Positions 1 to 13,217 of a stretch of 29,620 nt of DNA are shown here, piece after piece (positions within the stretch are counted from its first letter, which is position 1; each line of letters opens with the position of its first letter). The position numbers and the translations under genes are program-made. The notes beneath the pieces are model-generated. The model was not told the origin of the DNA. It saw only the letters and a program-made list of their open reading frames with translations, and made no database searches. Where the stretch lies: positions 62,001 to 91,620 of the forward strand of contig JNEM01013675.1 of the NCBI GenBank assembly GCA_000697335.1. Reading direction: 5' to 3'. The stretch comes from Conidiobolus incongruus B7586 (lineage: Eukaryota).

Positions 1-1008
1 GAAGTAGGATCTCCAAGAAAGCAAAAGAATATAATTATTATTCGATCTGGGCCAAGAGCTCAGCGTACAGCTGTGACTACTGCTGCATTTTCTCAAGATG
101 GAAAATACATCGCTGCTGCTTCCAGAGATGGTAGTCTCGCACTTTGGCCTAGTAAAGGCTCCTTCACTTCCCCTTCTCATAAATTAGCAACCGCCCATCA
201 GCCGAATACAGATACAAGTCATATCCTCTTTTCTCAAATGGAATACAACTTATATACTCGTGGAGGCGATGGTACTGTCAAGCTTTGGGATATTAGAAAT
301 TTTAAATCATCTGTCCTGTCAGTATCTAATCTTCCTAGTAATTATAATGAAACTAATCTAGCCTTCAGTCCCGATGAGAAACTCATTATCACTGGTACTT
401 CTGGATTAAAGAGTGGTGATTCAGGACGCCTCAACTTCCTTGACAAGACATCTCTAGAAATTGTCAAATCATATGAAGTGGGTTCAAGCAGCGTAATCAA
501 GAGTTACTGGCATCCTACTCTAAATCAAATTGTTACGGGAAGTGGCGATGGATCCCTCGATATCTATTATGATCCTGTTCACAGTAAGAAAGGAGCTTTG
601 CTTTGTGCCAATCGTAAACCTCGTAAAGTTCAAGTTGATGAAATATCTTACGATCCCTATATCATCACTCCAGACGATGACAAGGAAATCGTGGAACTTC
701 CCAAGAAAGGAAAGACTAAGAAGAGAAGCGATCCCGTTGCATCCCATCGTCCAGATTTGCCTATCAATGGCCCTGGTCATTCAGGTCGTGTGGGCACTAA
801 TTATACCAACTTCATGATGAAGCATTTGATCAAGGATACAACCCGATTTGAAGATCCTAGAGAAGCAATTCTTAGACATGCCAAGGCCGCTGAGGAAGAT
901 CCATACTGGGTTGCTCCTGCATATCAACAAACTCAACCTAAGCCTGTATTTAATGAAAATGAAGAAGAACAGGAAGAAGAGAAAAAACCTGTAGTTAGAT
1001 CCAAATAA
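1..1008 (+). CDS. WDR70: WD40-repeat protein WDR70 family, 5'-partial (C-terminal ~335 aa)
   Basis: Frame 1 is open from base 1 (EVGSPRKQKNIIIIRSGPRAQRTAVTTAAFSQDGK...), so the ORF-track start at 73 is internal. WD40 repeats are present (TRGGDGTVKLWDIRNFK, WHPTLNQIVTGSGDG). The WDR70-type C-terminal motifs DPVASHRPDLPINGPGHSGRVG and EDPREAILRHAKAAEEDPYWVAPAYQQTQPK are also present. Stop TAA ends at 1008. Confidence 0.92.
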   Translation, partial: EVGSPRKQKNIIIIRSGPRAQRTAVTTAAFSQDGKYIAAASRDGSLALWPSKGSFTSPSHKLATAHQPNTDTSHILFSQMEYNLYTRGGDGTVKLWDIRNFKSSVLSVSNLPSNYNETNLAFSPDEKLIITGTSGLKSGDSGRLNFLDKTSLEIVKSYEVGSSSVIKSYWHPTLNQIVTGSGDGSLDIYYDPVHSKKGALLCANRKPRKVQVDEISYDPYIITPDDDKEIVELPKKGKTKKRSDPVASHRPDLPINGPGHSGRVGTNYTNFMMKHLIKDTTRFEDPREAILRHAKAAEEDPYWVAPAYQQTQPKPVFNENEEEQEEEKKPVVRSK

Positions 1009-3927
1009 TTTTGTAATATTCAATTTTGCTAAGTATAATATAGCCAACTCACATTTCATTTTAATCATTTGTTAGTAATATCAATGTCTTATTCTTTAAT
1101 TTATTAAATTTCATTGTTATATTTCCTATCTATTACAATATCCTTTATTAATAGATTTTAATATTGTTGATCTGTTTGAATTAAAATTTGTTATAAACTA
1201 TTTTTGTTCAATAAATAGGTCTAACTCTTAATTGATTAATGGTTAAGTTAATAGTATATTTAAATGATCCATTAAATATTTTATATTATTGTTAAATGAT
1301 AATTTTTTTACAATATGCTTGTATTGAACATATTTAGATTAGTTAAATATATTATATTCTTCATCAAGGAGATTGGTAGTTGAATACTGATATTCGAATA
1401 GTTTTTATAATGGATATAATACTATCGACATTAACATTTGTTCAGTCTTATAATTAGTTTTAATTTATAATGAATTATTTTATTTTTGTTTGATGTAAAA
1501 GCTATTGAAAAATTATAATATTGATAGAATATTAAACTATATAACCTTATGATAATTTTAATACAACCATTTTTTGAAAAATGGTATAATTGTTGATTTT
1601 ATTAATCGCTGATAATATATTTAGTGTATTTTATGTATTATTTATAAAACTTAAACAATAAATAGAAATTCAACATATTAATTTACTATACTTATCAAAA
1701 AAATCATATTGAACTAAATATACATGAAAAGATAAATTTTAAAATTATTAATCTTAATGACAGTTGAATGTCCTAATAAACAATTAGAAAAGTGAAATAT
1801 CTTTAATAAAACCCAAGCTGTTGATTAATTGTAAATATAATATATTTCTGAAACAAAATAATTTTACAATTTGATAATCAATTTCAGCTTTAAATATTGA
1901 CTCATTCAAAGTGAATGATTAAGTAATTGATATATACATGTCAAAGGTGATTTAAGAATCAATTTATCACTTTATCATTTTATATTCACAAGATATAAGC
2001 AGTATCTATTCCCATTTATTAAGTTATAACTCGAAATCAAAGCATATTAGAATATTTATATTTGGATCAATATATCATAGTTCAGTATAATTTTTTGTTT
2101 CCATTAAACAAAAGATAATTTTAAACTTTAAACTAATTGAAAGTTGTAAACAACTCGAGAAATATTAATGAATATCCGTATAAATATATACACATATATT
2201 ACATGGATTTCGTCAATTGAATAAGAGTACATATTTTTATAGCATATTACTTAATCAGTTCATCAATTTAAGAATAATTACTAATAATTTCAAAAACTGA
2301 TGTGATTTTAATAGATTAGTCAATTATTGTGCTGATTTTTTAAATCAACAAATTCGGAGAAATATTATTATTATTTCTGTGATTTCGATATTTAATTTTC
2401 AGTGGCATTAGCTTTTAAATATAAATTAAGTATGACAACAGCATATTCATGAATATTGATGGGTAAGTATGATAATATTATAAATAAAATGACTTTATTG
2501 TCATATATCTGGATGATATTTTAGTTCGGGTTAATACATTATTTTTCACTTTTACTCTCAAATTTATTACTAAAAATTCAACCAAATCAAACAATTGGGA
2601 TGTTTATAATATGTAAAAACAAATTTAATATAAATCAATAAGACATAATATCGTATTTATGTATATAACATATTTTTCTGAATAAGTTGTTAATTCAACA
2701 AAATTAAACATATTACAAAATTCTAAAAGTCAAACAACAGATTGAATATATAGCATTAAATAGATTATAAAGTAAACTTTTTTGAAGTATTAAAATCAAC
2801 TAACTACATCAAATTTAATTATATTTTACATTAATCTAAGTACACTTATTTATATTATGATTTATATATGCTGTAAATGTAAATGATTGGAAAATTTTGA
2901 AACTAATCGTCTTTAATATGTAAACAAGGTGATTAAATTGACTCAAAATTCTCACAATATGGTTTAAAGAGGTGAGTTGATTGCTAAATCATTAGATAAT
3001 AAATTAATAAAGGGAGAAAGAAAATGAAGTGGAAAACTGTGTTATCGAAACTGATATAACGTTAGTCAGTATAACTTAAATGTCAGACCTGGATAGTAAT
3101 TAAATTTAAATCAAATAGTTCCATTTAAATTGTTCCACATTAACTGATGATAGGTTGAAGTTAAGATAGATCAGATGACTAGTCTTTTTTCTCATAATTT
3201 TCAAGAAATTATTAATTCCATTACTTGGTCGAGTATCAAACTTCGTAAAATAAGGTGAATTTGAGAAATATCCTTGATAAAATTTGATTTGTAATTTTTT
3301 CATCATTTCCAGGATTGGCGATAGTAGTTTAAACTTGAATTTTTATCAATTTAGCAAAAATACTGTTGGATGAATTGTTTTGACTTTAGCTGAATTAGCC
3401 AATAAACGTAACACAAAAAGTCTACACTATCAAATGATAATGCGGTCCAATTACAACACTTCAAACTTACAGCTGTCCAATCAAATATTAGAATGATTCG
3501 ATTTGATTTTTTAGAGAGAAGGGGAGTTAGACTAATTTTGGTAAAAATTAATACCCAAATCAAAGAACCTAGAAATGAGGTATTGCAAAACTAGCTGAAT
3601 TAAATATATGAGTGACATTTACTGTGATCAAATATTAAAGGGATAATAAATAAATTAATATAAATAGTAATAAAATCTCGAAATATAGTTCAACTGTCAA
3701 TTGCGCAAAAATATAATAATATATTTAATTTGTTATTGTATTATAACCTTTCACCGATATTGTTTTATATTCCTAAGCCGTATTAAGCAACTTACGCGGG
3801 GAATTTCCACTAATTTTTTATTGCTGTATTTTTATTAAAGTTGCTTATATTCTTAAAAACGTTAAAAACAAAATATTTACATTGTTTAATACTTTTTGCT
3901 TAAAATATATATCAAATTTTGTAAAGT

Positions 3928-6024
3928 ATGACAACAGCTACTACTACTATGCCTTTATTTCGAAGTAATTCGGGTTTTACTGGGATCAAAGATAGTCGCA
4001 TTAAGGCCAAAAGTCAAATTGATATCGATATCACCAGCCCTACTATTCATAATATCACCTCTATGCCATGCTCACCATTGAATATTTACACAAATGACTC
4101 TCAAGATAGCCAAGACTCGGACAGTTTAAGCTCTTCTGATTATGCATCGGCTCGATCCAGTCCTGCAATCACACCGTTAGAATTTGAGAAGGAAGATTAT
4201 TTCTCCAATTTAGAATTCACCCCGGAGCAGTTAAAGAGCTTACACCGTTGGTGCTTTGCATTTTGTGTAGTTCGCTTTGACTTAGAGACGGGTCAAGCTA
4301 TTGATAAAATTTATCCACCTTTCTCCTTTAGTGAGAGTGAGAAGAAAAATATTTGTTTTTCCGCTTTTCCAGATACTAGAGTTTTTGAAAGTGGCGATAT
4401 GGTTTATCAGTTCCGTATTAGACACTCTAATAGCTCTAACCAAGCTAAGACAGATGGGTTTTATTATGCATATACTTATTTCAAACAAAAGAGAGATTCC
4501 AGAATTAAAAGAGGCTATTATCAGGTAAATACGTAGCTCTGATTTTATCTATTTTTCTCTTTTTTTAACGCTAAAAATTAATAGAAATCATTGGTTTTGA
4601 TTACACCACTTCCTTTTTCTACAACAGTCGGATTATTTACATCGATTATCAGAACTGTTGGTGCTAAATACTTTGAGTTGGATTATAAACAAACTGATGC
4701 CAACACTCCTAATCGCACTGCTGACATCTATCTCGACTCAGTATTAAGAAATATAGCTCAATGGTCCAATCCTGAATTCGCTAAAAATCTGGAACTTCCC
4801 TTATCTGGAAAAGTCTTAAGGGTTGAAATGCCTGACTCTAATAAACCATCTCTTCAATTATTGGAAACAAGCCAATTGACAACCAACTCCTGTGAAGTTA
4901 GCGGTCAAGTTGAAATGGATATTCCAATTATGGCATCTGTACCCGATATCGGATCGCCTGGATTGCTTTTCTACTGGTGGGATAAACTTGAAGAACTTTG
5001 GTCTATTTGGGAGCTTATGTTACTTGGAGAGCCTTTGGTAGTTATGGGTCCGGATCCATCCACCTGTTCGCAAGTGATTACTGAGCTTTTAGATCTCATT
5101 AAACCTATTCCTTACTGCGGAGATTTTAGACCTTATGTTACCATTCAAGATCCAGATTTTAAGAGCTTTGCATCAAAAAACCGAGTGCCACCCAACACTA
5201 TTATTGGAGTTACCAATCCTCATTTCTCTGATGCTTTAGCCCATTGGCCCCATTGGATTCAAGTTGGCACTGGTCAACCTACCGTCTCTAACGGATCTAA
5301 ACGCCATCGTCATCGTGTCAATCACTCTAATCCATTTGCTGCTTTCAATACTACCTCCCGCAGTACCACACCCAATGGAGGATTGAAGCAAGGCATTTAC
5401 ACTTCTAGAAAATCCTGTCTTATTCACGACTCTACTACAATTCGCAATTTGACATCTGCTCTCCTTCAGGGTGATCGATCTGCTACAGTTTTAAATAATA
5501 GACTCAGACGCTATTTTGGCGAGTTAACTCAAAAATTCTTACTGCCTTTAAATCGCTACATGACAACACTTTTCCCTAGTCATACCGAATGGACTCTGAA
5601 CGGCCCAATGCCCATTATGAAGCCATTTAAACCTGACGATTTTCTCAAATCATTAACCAGCCATACTAAAACCCTTGTATCATCAAAATCAGATTGGAAT
5701 ATTGAATTGTACAAGCAATTTTTAAGATCTGGCAATTTTGCTACTTGGCTACACCAGACTCTCGAGTCTTCCGAACTCCAACTGAAACTTCGCTATGTTC
5801 AGCACCTATGCACTGTCGATGTATCTGGTTGGGTTAAGAAGAAACAAGAAATCGAAATTGTCGATGTGATTATGAAACTTAAAGAGCGTTTGGACGAGAT
5901 TAAAAAATCCCCTTATCATTCTCACCCCAGTTCCAACAGTTCATCAAGTTGTGTTGTTCAACTTCAAAGTCAATTGGACAAATTAGTATCCTATCTCCCC
6001 AGCGATCTCCAAGGATTCCTTTAA
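3928..6024 (+). CDS. DENND6: DENN domain protein, DENND6/FAM116 family (putative Rab GEF); 2 exons, ~678 aa
   Basis: Exons 3928-4524 and 4585-6024, intron 4525-4584 (60 nt, GTAAAT...ATAG). Splicing restores the family motif KRGYYQ|KSLVLI. Other motifs: FCVVRFDLETGQAI, NICFSAFPD, WELMLLGEPLVVM, YCGDFRPYVTIQD, IIGVTNP, LRRYFGELTQKFLLPLNRY. Confidence 0.9.
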
Positions 6025-9000
6025 AAACATTGTATATTATTTAGTATATATACTTCATTATTCTAAGCATCATTTCAAAAATTATAATAATATTTAATCA
6101 TACCTTAATAATATAATACTAATCTAATTTAATTTTAAATAAAATTTCTGAGCCAGTCTCTATATTGTAAATTCAATTTATAAAATGTATTATTATATTC
6201 TTTTTGTATATTATCAAGTTATTCTATCATGCTATAACTAAACTATATTAAAATAATTAAAAATGAAGAAAAATATTTTGATCAATAATTACTTTTTACA
6301 TTTATTAATAACCATTCAATTAAAATGAATATAAAAGAGAATAAACGTTTCCCAATGATCACTGTTTTAGTGATTGATCCTTTAGCAATCATTTGCTTTG
6401 TGCGTGAAATAGCAAATTTATCTTCTGCAAAATTAGTCAATTTAGTCTTTTCAATGTTAGTATTCTCTATCTATTAAATCAAATGGCATAAATATAATAA
6501 TAAAATAACATAATATTGTATTTTAACTACCGATATATGATCTCACAATTTAACTTTTGAAAGGAATGTCCTATTGAGGTCAGAAGCTATAGTAAGTAAC
6601 TTTGGAGGATAGAATAAAATGTATACTGATCCAATATAATTGATTAAACTACAAAGAATTTAATCAATCAAAAATCATTTGTTATCCTAAATATCGACTA
6701 TATTAACATTCAATTATATGATTCGTTTAGATATTAGTTCTGACAATATGAATCATTTTTACTTGAAATTCTACTTGACAATCTCCATTACTTTTAATAA
6801 ATTAGTGTAATGTAAATTGGTAAACATTGTTTATTATTTTAACTATTTAATTAGTTGATTACTACTCAAGGACCTATAATAGTGTCAAAATCGTTAAACT
6901 GATTTAAATGATCGATAATTTATTAAACCAACTCTATTAATCATTAATTATTTTATTTCTCTATTCATTATTTAAAGCCTTGTATAGGCATATATTATAT
7001 ATGTATCTATTATGGGATGAAATCTTAGAATTACAAGTAATTTGTTGAGAAACTTGTAACTAGGCAATATATTGAATATTATTATTATACTAATAAGAGA
7101 GTTATTGGTCGTTAAGTAAAACTGTATAAGTTTGAATAAAAATTCGTGTCCTAATCTGAATTTATGGAAAAACTTCAATTACGAATTTGAAAAATAAACA
7201 CAAGTATTAGCAACTAAAAATATTGAAATATCTTAATATTATTTTGAATTTTTAAAATATTAATTATACATTGTATAGATCATTTTATACAACCACTTTC
7301 AAAGTTTGAAATATTATATTATTTAATGACTAATTTTTAATATATGTAGTAATGTGGAGTGATTAATTTGTTTAATCTAGCATAATAAAACTATTATTAT
7401 CAATATATTTATTAGTAAATTATAATAACTGTAGATTAACTCATATACAGGTTGAATATTAAAGAATAGCAGTGATTAATATTTAGTAAATCCAGAGAAT
7501 GACTGGACAATAATTATTAAAAAATAAAGAGAAATGATTTTTAGCCTAGGTATAGATATATAGATTTCAGCAATTGAGATATCTTTTATTATTTTCTAGT
7601 TATAAGGATTTGTATAAAGATTCTTTAAGAATTAATTCATCCGTTCTAGTATCATTTGGCTTAATTTCTGATAATTTTGTCATTGCATTCCTTTAATGAT
7701 ACTCGCTATCTAATATAAAAATGAAATTAATTATAGGACAACACCAAATTTTTCATTACTATTTAAAATAGACTGGTTTTTGGGATTATTTTACAATAAA
7801 TAAATATTAATAATTTTTAACAATATTTTGATTTTCAGTTTAACTAAATCCAAATCACACAAAAATACCAATCTTTGGCGCAAAATCATTTAGTCTAAGT
7901 GTTAATGGAATTAACCAAATTTACCATGTTTTCATTTTGTAAAACTTATCAATATAATATTGTTGAATTATGTAATAATGAAATCATAGAGTTTAGTTTC
8001 AGAATTTTTCACTCTCATTCAAATTAAAATTCAAGCTTTATTGATATTTTTAAATTTAGTATGAAATAAAAGCTTTTGTTAGTGTAATTATAAATTTTAA
8101 AATATAAAACTTTCATAATCTTTATTGATATAATATTTTTAAATTAAATTATGTATTATATAAATTTATTTAATATAAAAAATCAATATTCCAACATTTT
8201 CTGTAAAAAATATTTAAATACTTTAACTCAACACAATTATTTCATCTAATAACTCAATTTTTGTATGTTTAATCAAGTATCAGTAACGATGTCTTTTTTA
8301 ATTGTTGATGACATTAACTCATTCTACTTATCAAATCTCTATATTATCTTGTATTAATTGTATTCCATAAAACATTATATTTGTCAATGCCACAAAAATA
8401 TAATTCATCATATGTTTCTATTAACGTCATTTAAAAATATTACTGTTTCAAAAAAATTCATTATTCAATATTCATTATAATGTCCCAAATTTATTATATT
8501 TGAATATGAGTCATTTGTAATTTATAGCGTTGTCATATATCTAAGTGTAATAACTATTCATTTAAGGTAAAATTAAATGAATTCTTATTGTAATCTATTC
8601 CAATACGTATCTATAATTTATAATAATCTCAGCGAAAAACTACTTATATTTCATTAATATCTTTGCAAATTGAGAAATACAACCATTTAAAAAGATTTTT
8701 ACATTCATAATATTCATTTGATAATATCTATTATGAAAGCTACTACATATGAATAATATTTGTTTAATAATTATTTAAATGGTATAGAGAAAAATTATAT
8801 ATAAATATTATTTTAACGAAAAATATGAAATATACACAAATATTAAATCCAACGAATAATTCCTAATTAACTATTTTGGGGGTTATAAAGATGACGAAAT
8901 ATAAAGTAGGTGATTTGAATTGAAAAGGATATTGTTTTAGAAATAAAATACAAGATTAAATATAAATAATATATTATTCTCAACTCATATCAATTGATAA

Positions 9001-9194
9001 TTAAGATTTTATAAGTATCATTTCAATTAATTTATAAATTATATTGATATTAAGCTCTACTTTTAAAGATTTAAATTCATAACTGAAGTTTCATATGCAA
9101 AATTAATTCAATTATCATTCAATCATAAATCATTTAATTAATGAGATAAAATTCTTAAATCATCACTCTTTCTCAATTAAATGAATGAATCAAA

Positions 9195-10712
9195 ATGATA
9201 AAAATAATAAATAATTCCATTAAACCTATTAATATATACTATATTCAAACGAGACTGCATCATAATACTACTAAAATCGTTATTGAACAAACTTCAAAGA
9301 AATTTTTCAAAAATCATTTGAGTCAATTTGAGATTGACACGAGTAATGACTTACAAGTAAATCGAATACAAAAAGAAAACAAAATGAAAAATGTAACAAT
9401 TACAAATCGGTGGCACAACTTAAAAAATGAATTTCGATCTAAATTTATCACTACTTTTTTACCTAAAGACTTTCCAAACTCTGTAGCTTCAGGGTATTGG
9501 CCATTTACAAAGTATCAATTTTTGTCCAATGTAGCGGGTACTGTAACTGGTGTACTCTCAATGCAGAGTTTGTTATTCGCTGTGGGTTTGGGTAATGGAT
9601 CCATACCTGTAAATAATATTTCTTATATTTTTTAAAGTGAATATAATTTTAATCAGTATTTAGATGGCTGCTGCTCTAAATTGGATTATTAAAGACGGAC
9701 TTGGACAGCTTGGAGGTGTAATTTATGCCAGCCGAATGGGAGGTCGATTCGACAGTGAGCCAAAGCGTCATCGATTTATTAGTTCTGTAGTGATGCAAGT
9801 TTCTTACTTGATGGAAGTGTTCTCGCCACTCGTACCTCACCTATTTCTTCCCCTTGCTTCAGTTTCTAACATATTTAAAAATATTTCATGGTTAGCTAAC
9901 TCTGCGACGAGAGCTCCTATGAACCAGAGTTTTGCTTTGCATAACAAGTAATAATGATTGAATCGCTCTATTGCCGATATGACGCTGATTTAATTTGTTT
10001 TAGTTTAGGAGATATTACTGGTAAATCTGGCTCTCAAACTACTGCTGCTTCAGTCATTGGGACTGCAATCGGGGTTGGAGTATCATCATTAACTGGAGGG
10101 GAGCTGGTTAAAGTATTTATAGCATTTATACCCTTCTGCTATCTGTCACTGCACTGGACCTATCTCTCTAACAATGCTGTAATCACCAAGAATTTAAATC
10201 CCCAAAGAATTGAAATTATCCTTAATCACTATTTCGAAAAGCAACGTCCTATCAATACGCAAAGACCATTTAATGATACTCTCAAATTACTCACCCCAAA
10301 GCAAGTCTCTCACACCGAAACTTTTGTCTTTCCCTTCAAAACTAAATTCAAATATCCTATTATAATTAATACCGATGTTAACGAATTTATCTTTACCGAT
10401 ACCGAATTACTTGCAAAACTACAACGATCTCTCCAAAATCATGACCACTATCTAGTCCATCTCAAAAACGACAAAATTTATTTATGGTACATTGACACCC
10501 CATCCAGCTGTCACACGCTCCAAGGCTACTTCCATGCAGCTTGGATCAATTATCAACTCTCTCAAGATTCTTCAAGTCAATCATCTGACTTAGAATTAGA
10601 TCCTGAGGAATTTGAATGCTTTTACGAAAAGTTAAAGGAAGTGGGATGGGATACAAACCACTTACATTTAACTCAAATTAAAAGACATATAAAATCAATT
10701 ATTAAAAATTAA
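9195..10712 (+). CDS. RUS (root UVB sensitive / DUF647, vitamin B6 homeostasis) family protein; 3 exons, ~468 aa
   Basis: Exons 9195-9608, 9664-9947 and 10004-10712; introns 9609-9663 (55 nt) and 9948-10003 (56 nt). The spliced product reads FLPKDFPNSVASGYWPFTKYQF...LSMQSLLFAVGLGNGSIP|MAAALNWIIKDGLGQLGG...FDSEPKRHRF...SATRAPMNQSFALHN|NLGDITGKSGSQ...LNPQR, all DUF647 hallmarks. Confidence 0.88.
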
Positions 10713-10925
10713 AAGTACAAAATAAATATTTAATAATCAAATAAATTTTTAGTTTAATTATTTTAATATTTGAGTGTCCACAATTTCGTTAGAGTTTAAA
10801 ATCAAGTCAATTTTCTATCCCACAATTTAAAAATTGTTAATCTATCAACACTATTGAACATAAAATATCGTTGACAAAAAATTCAAATTAATTATCATTA
10901 TATTTTAATAATAATCATTCTAAAA

Positions 10926-11824
10926 ATGTTAGATATCAAACAAGTAATATATAGAATATTAATTATTAATAATAAAATAACAATATTTATTAAATAGACT
11001 AAAAAAGCTATCAAAGCATTAGTCACCTATCTCAAAGAAAAGAAAGAAGACGATAACAATTTATTAAATGAAAATCAGATCATTTTAATTAATTTAACGT
11101 TAAATAAAATTAATTTGAAACCTAAAGCTCCCACTTTTGTGTATGTTATTATTCACTAATTTTATAATATACATAATTACTAATTTGATCTGTGTTTTAG
11201 TGCTTTACCTCATTTAATCTTACCTGAAGACTCTACAGTTTGTTTAATTGTCAAAGATAAAGCTAATATTGAAGAGCGTTTGGCAAATGACAACATTAAA
11301 TCAATCAACGAGGTAAATTTAAAATAGTAGTATATTTACTATAATTATTAAATAATTTATGAAATAGGTTATTGGCTTTGACGATTTGAAATCCAGTTAC
11401 AAGTCATACGAATTAAAGAGACAATTAAAGAATCGTTATGATATATTTTTATGTGAAGAAAAGTTAATTCCTCTATTACCTACTTATTTGGGCAAGAAAT
11501 TCTTTGAATCTAAAAAGTAATCAATTAGTTTATATTTCATCATATAAATTTTTTTAACCATATTACAGATTACCTATTCCTGTCAAATTGGCTGGCAAAT
11601 TAGGCGAAAAGATCGACAAAGCTATCAAAACTTGCTCCGTCTACTATCCCACAGGAACCAGCGTCAGTTACAAGGTTGGTAACTCTGAATCAACCGAATC
11701 CGAATTAATCGATAATATCGAAACTCTCTTCAAAAAATTACCCTCCATTATCCCCGGCGGTTGGGACACTATCGAAAGTGTCGGTATAAAATCTACCAAG
11801 TCTCCTAATCTTCCCATTCAATAG
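10926..11824 (+). CDS. RSL1D1: Ribosomal protein L1-domain ribosome biogenesis factor (RSL1D1/Utp30/Cic1-like); 5 exons, ~225 aa
   Basis: Exons 10926-10943, 10998-11140, 11201-11312, 11368-11516 and 11569-11824; introns of 54, 60, 55 and 52 nt, all GT-AG with consistent phases. Product: MLDIKQ|TKKAIKALVTYL...PTF|VALPHLILPEDSTVCLIVKD...|VIGFDDLKSSYKSYELKRQLKNRYDIFLCEEKLIPLLPTYLGKKFFESK|KLPIPVKL...IPGGWDTIESVGIKSTKSPNLPIQ. This matches the family motifs LPH, VCLIVKD, LGKxF..KK.P.PV and W.NI..+.IK..S..LP. Confidence 0.87.
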
Positions 11825-12311
11825 ATCATACTATATATACAATAATTCATGCGACAATTTAGCTTGTTGCCTTTTTACATAGATGATTATTAAAAATAGT
11901 TCATTAATAATAAAAATTTTTATTTTAATTTTATGGATTATAATATTTATGTATTATTTTACTTGAAATTTACCTTTTACATTGCCATTTCGTCACTGAA
12001 TAGACTTTAATCAATATTGAATTTTATTTTAAAAAAAATGCACTTAAATATTTGATTTAAAATAGTTAAATATTTAATTATTATTTCAATAAAAAAAAAT
12101 AAAATTTTTTTAAACAATTTTTCAAATATTTAAAACGTTCAATTTTCAGTTTAATTTCATCTAGTTTATAATTGTGAATTGATATATTAAACTAAAATGT
12201 TTTTAATAAAATTAAAACATATAATTTGATAAATATGTAATACAAATTGGGAATCAGTGTTATACAAATAATAAATACTATATGTAGAAAAAAGGTATTT
12301 ATAATTTTTAA

Positions 12312-12383
12312 GGGCTCCGACAGGAATTGCACCCGTGAACATCCGCACCCAAAGCATGAATTATAAAACTAGACAATCAAGTC
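12312..12383 (-). pseudogene. Degenerate tRNA-Pro(UGG)
   Basis: The minus strand reads GACTTGATTGTCTAGTTTTATAATTCATGCTTTGGGTGCGGATGTTCACGGGTGCAATTCCTGTCGGAGCCC (72 nt). It is colinear and gap-free with the eukaryotic tRNA-Pro consensus as I recall it (GTCTAG, GCTTTGGGTGCG, CGGGT.CAA.TCC, GAGCCC). The invariant D-loop GG is changed to TT, T-loop TTC to TGC, and the acceptor stem is mismatched. Confidence 0.8.
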
Positions 12384-13045
12384 TTATAAATTGAACTGGA
12401 TCATCAAGCATTTTTAACTTTTATATGTATCAATATTAATAATCCTAAAATTTATTAATTTGAGTTATTTCTATGTTTTATTTTCTAAAATCTTCCATTC
12501 AAATATATTATTTTATAAATTACATATATTTTTATTGATCTATTAGATTACATTCAAATTTATTATTTATTAATTATATTAATTTTCATTATAATTTTTT
12601 ATTATTGTCCTTATTTTAAATCCTATTTAATGATATAATTATATTTACAAAATATTAATAATTTATTATTTAATATATAAAATCGTCAAATTTTCAAATT
12701 TTATTATAGATTTAAGTATATTTATTAAAGAAAAAAAAATACTGCTGATTAATGTTTAAAATTATGTCATCAATTTCGAAAAAGTATTCAATAATTTAGC
12801 ATACCAATAATTGATAGTGATACGACATATATATATGTGCTCAAATATTATTGAATAAGCATATGCAAAATATATTATTTAAATTAATTTTAATAAATTT
12901 TCAAATACTTCTAATCAAATAACCATATTTGGATTTTTAAAATTCATTGATCTTGTTTGGTCTTTAAAAAAGAATGAAATAGAATAAGAAAGATAAATCC
13001 AGATGAACAAACCGACTTTTGTTGTAAGTTTAAAAGAGATAATCA

Positions 13046-13052
13046 TGAGTCA
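13046..13052 (+). promoter_or_regulatory. Candidate Gcn4/CpcA (TGASTCA) element upstream of serine racemase
   Basis: ATGAGTCAA lies ~170 nt before ATG 13218, next to GATAAT (13038), with TATAAAT at 13154-13160. The heptamer also occurs at several other places in the window, so this is a motif match only. Confidence 0.3.
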
Positions 13053-13217
13053 AATGATCACAAGTTTAGGCTAATTAAGTATCTAATTCCGTAAAATATA
13101 CTTGTATTGGATTGTATGGATTTCAAAAATTTAACCATTATGCATCTTTTAAATATAAATACATCCAAATCCAAAATTAAAAATAAATCAAATTTATTTC
13201 ATTAATTAATAACACTA

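Noticed and set aside
520..1068. Short ORFs 520-780, 530-817 and 781-1068 overlapping WDR70
   Set aside because: Antisense or alternate-frame shadows of a conserved gene, with no motifs.
3106..3563. Two minus-strand ORFs (66 and 70 aa) upstream of DENND6
   Set aside because: No recognisable motif or splice structure. The local GC rise, with three CCAAT cores, fits promoter DNA or an unidentifiable relic.
4282..5427. Short ORFs inside DENND6 exons
   Set aside because: Shadow frames of the real gene.
6972..7178. 68-aa minus-strand ORF
   Set aside because: Non-ATG start, AT-driven Ile/Leu/Phe/Lys composition, no motif.
7873..7884. E2F-like TTTGGCGCAAAA
   Set aside because: Single motif 1.3 kb from the nearest start, with no cell-cycle gene adjacent.
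9954..10003. ORF-track start MIESLYCRYDADLICFS as a separate gene
   Set aside because: Lies inside RUS intron 2; splicing restores the conserved NLGDITGK motif.
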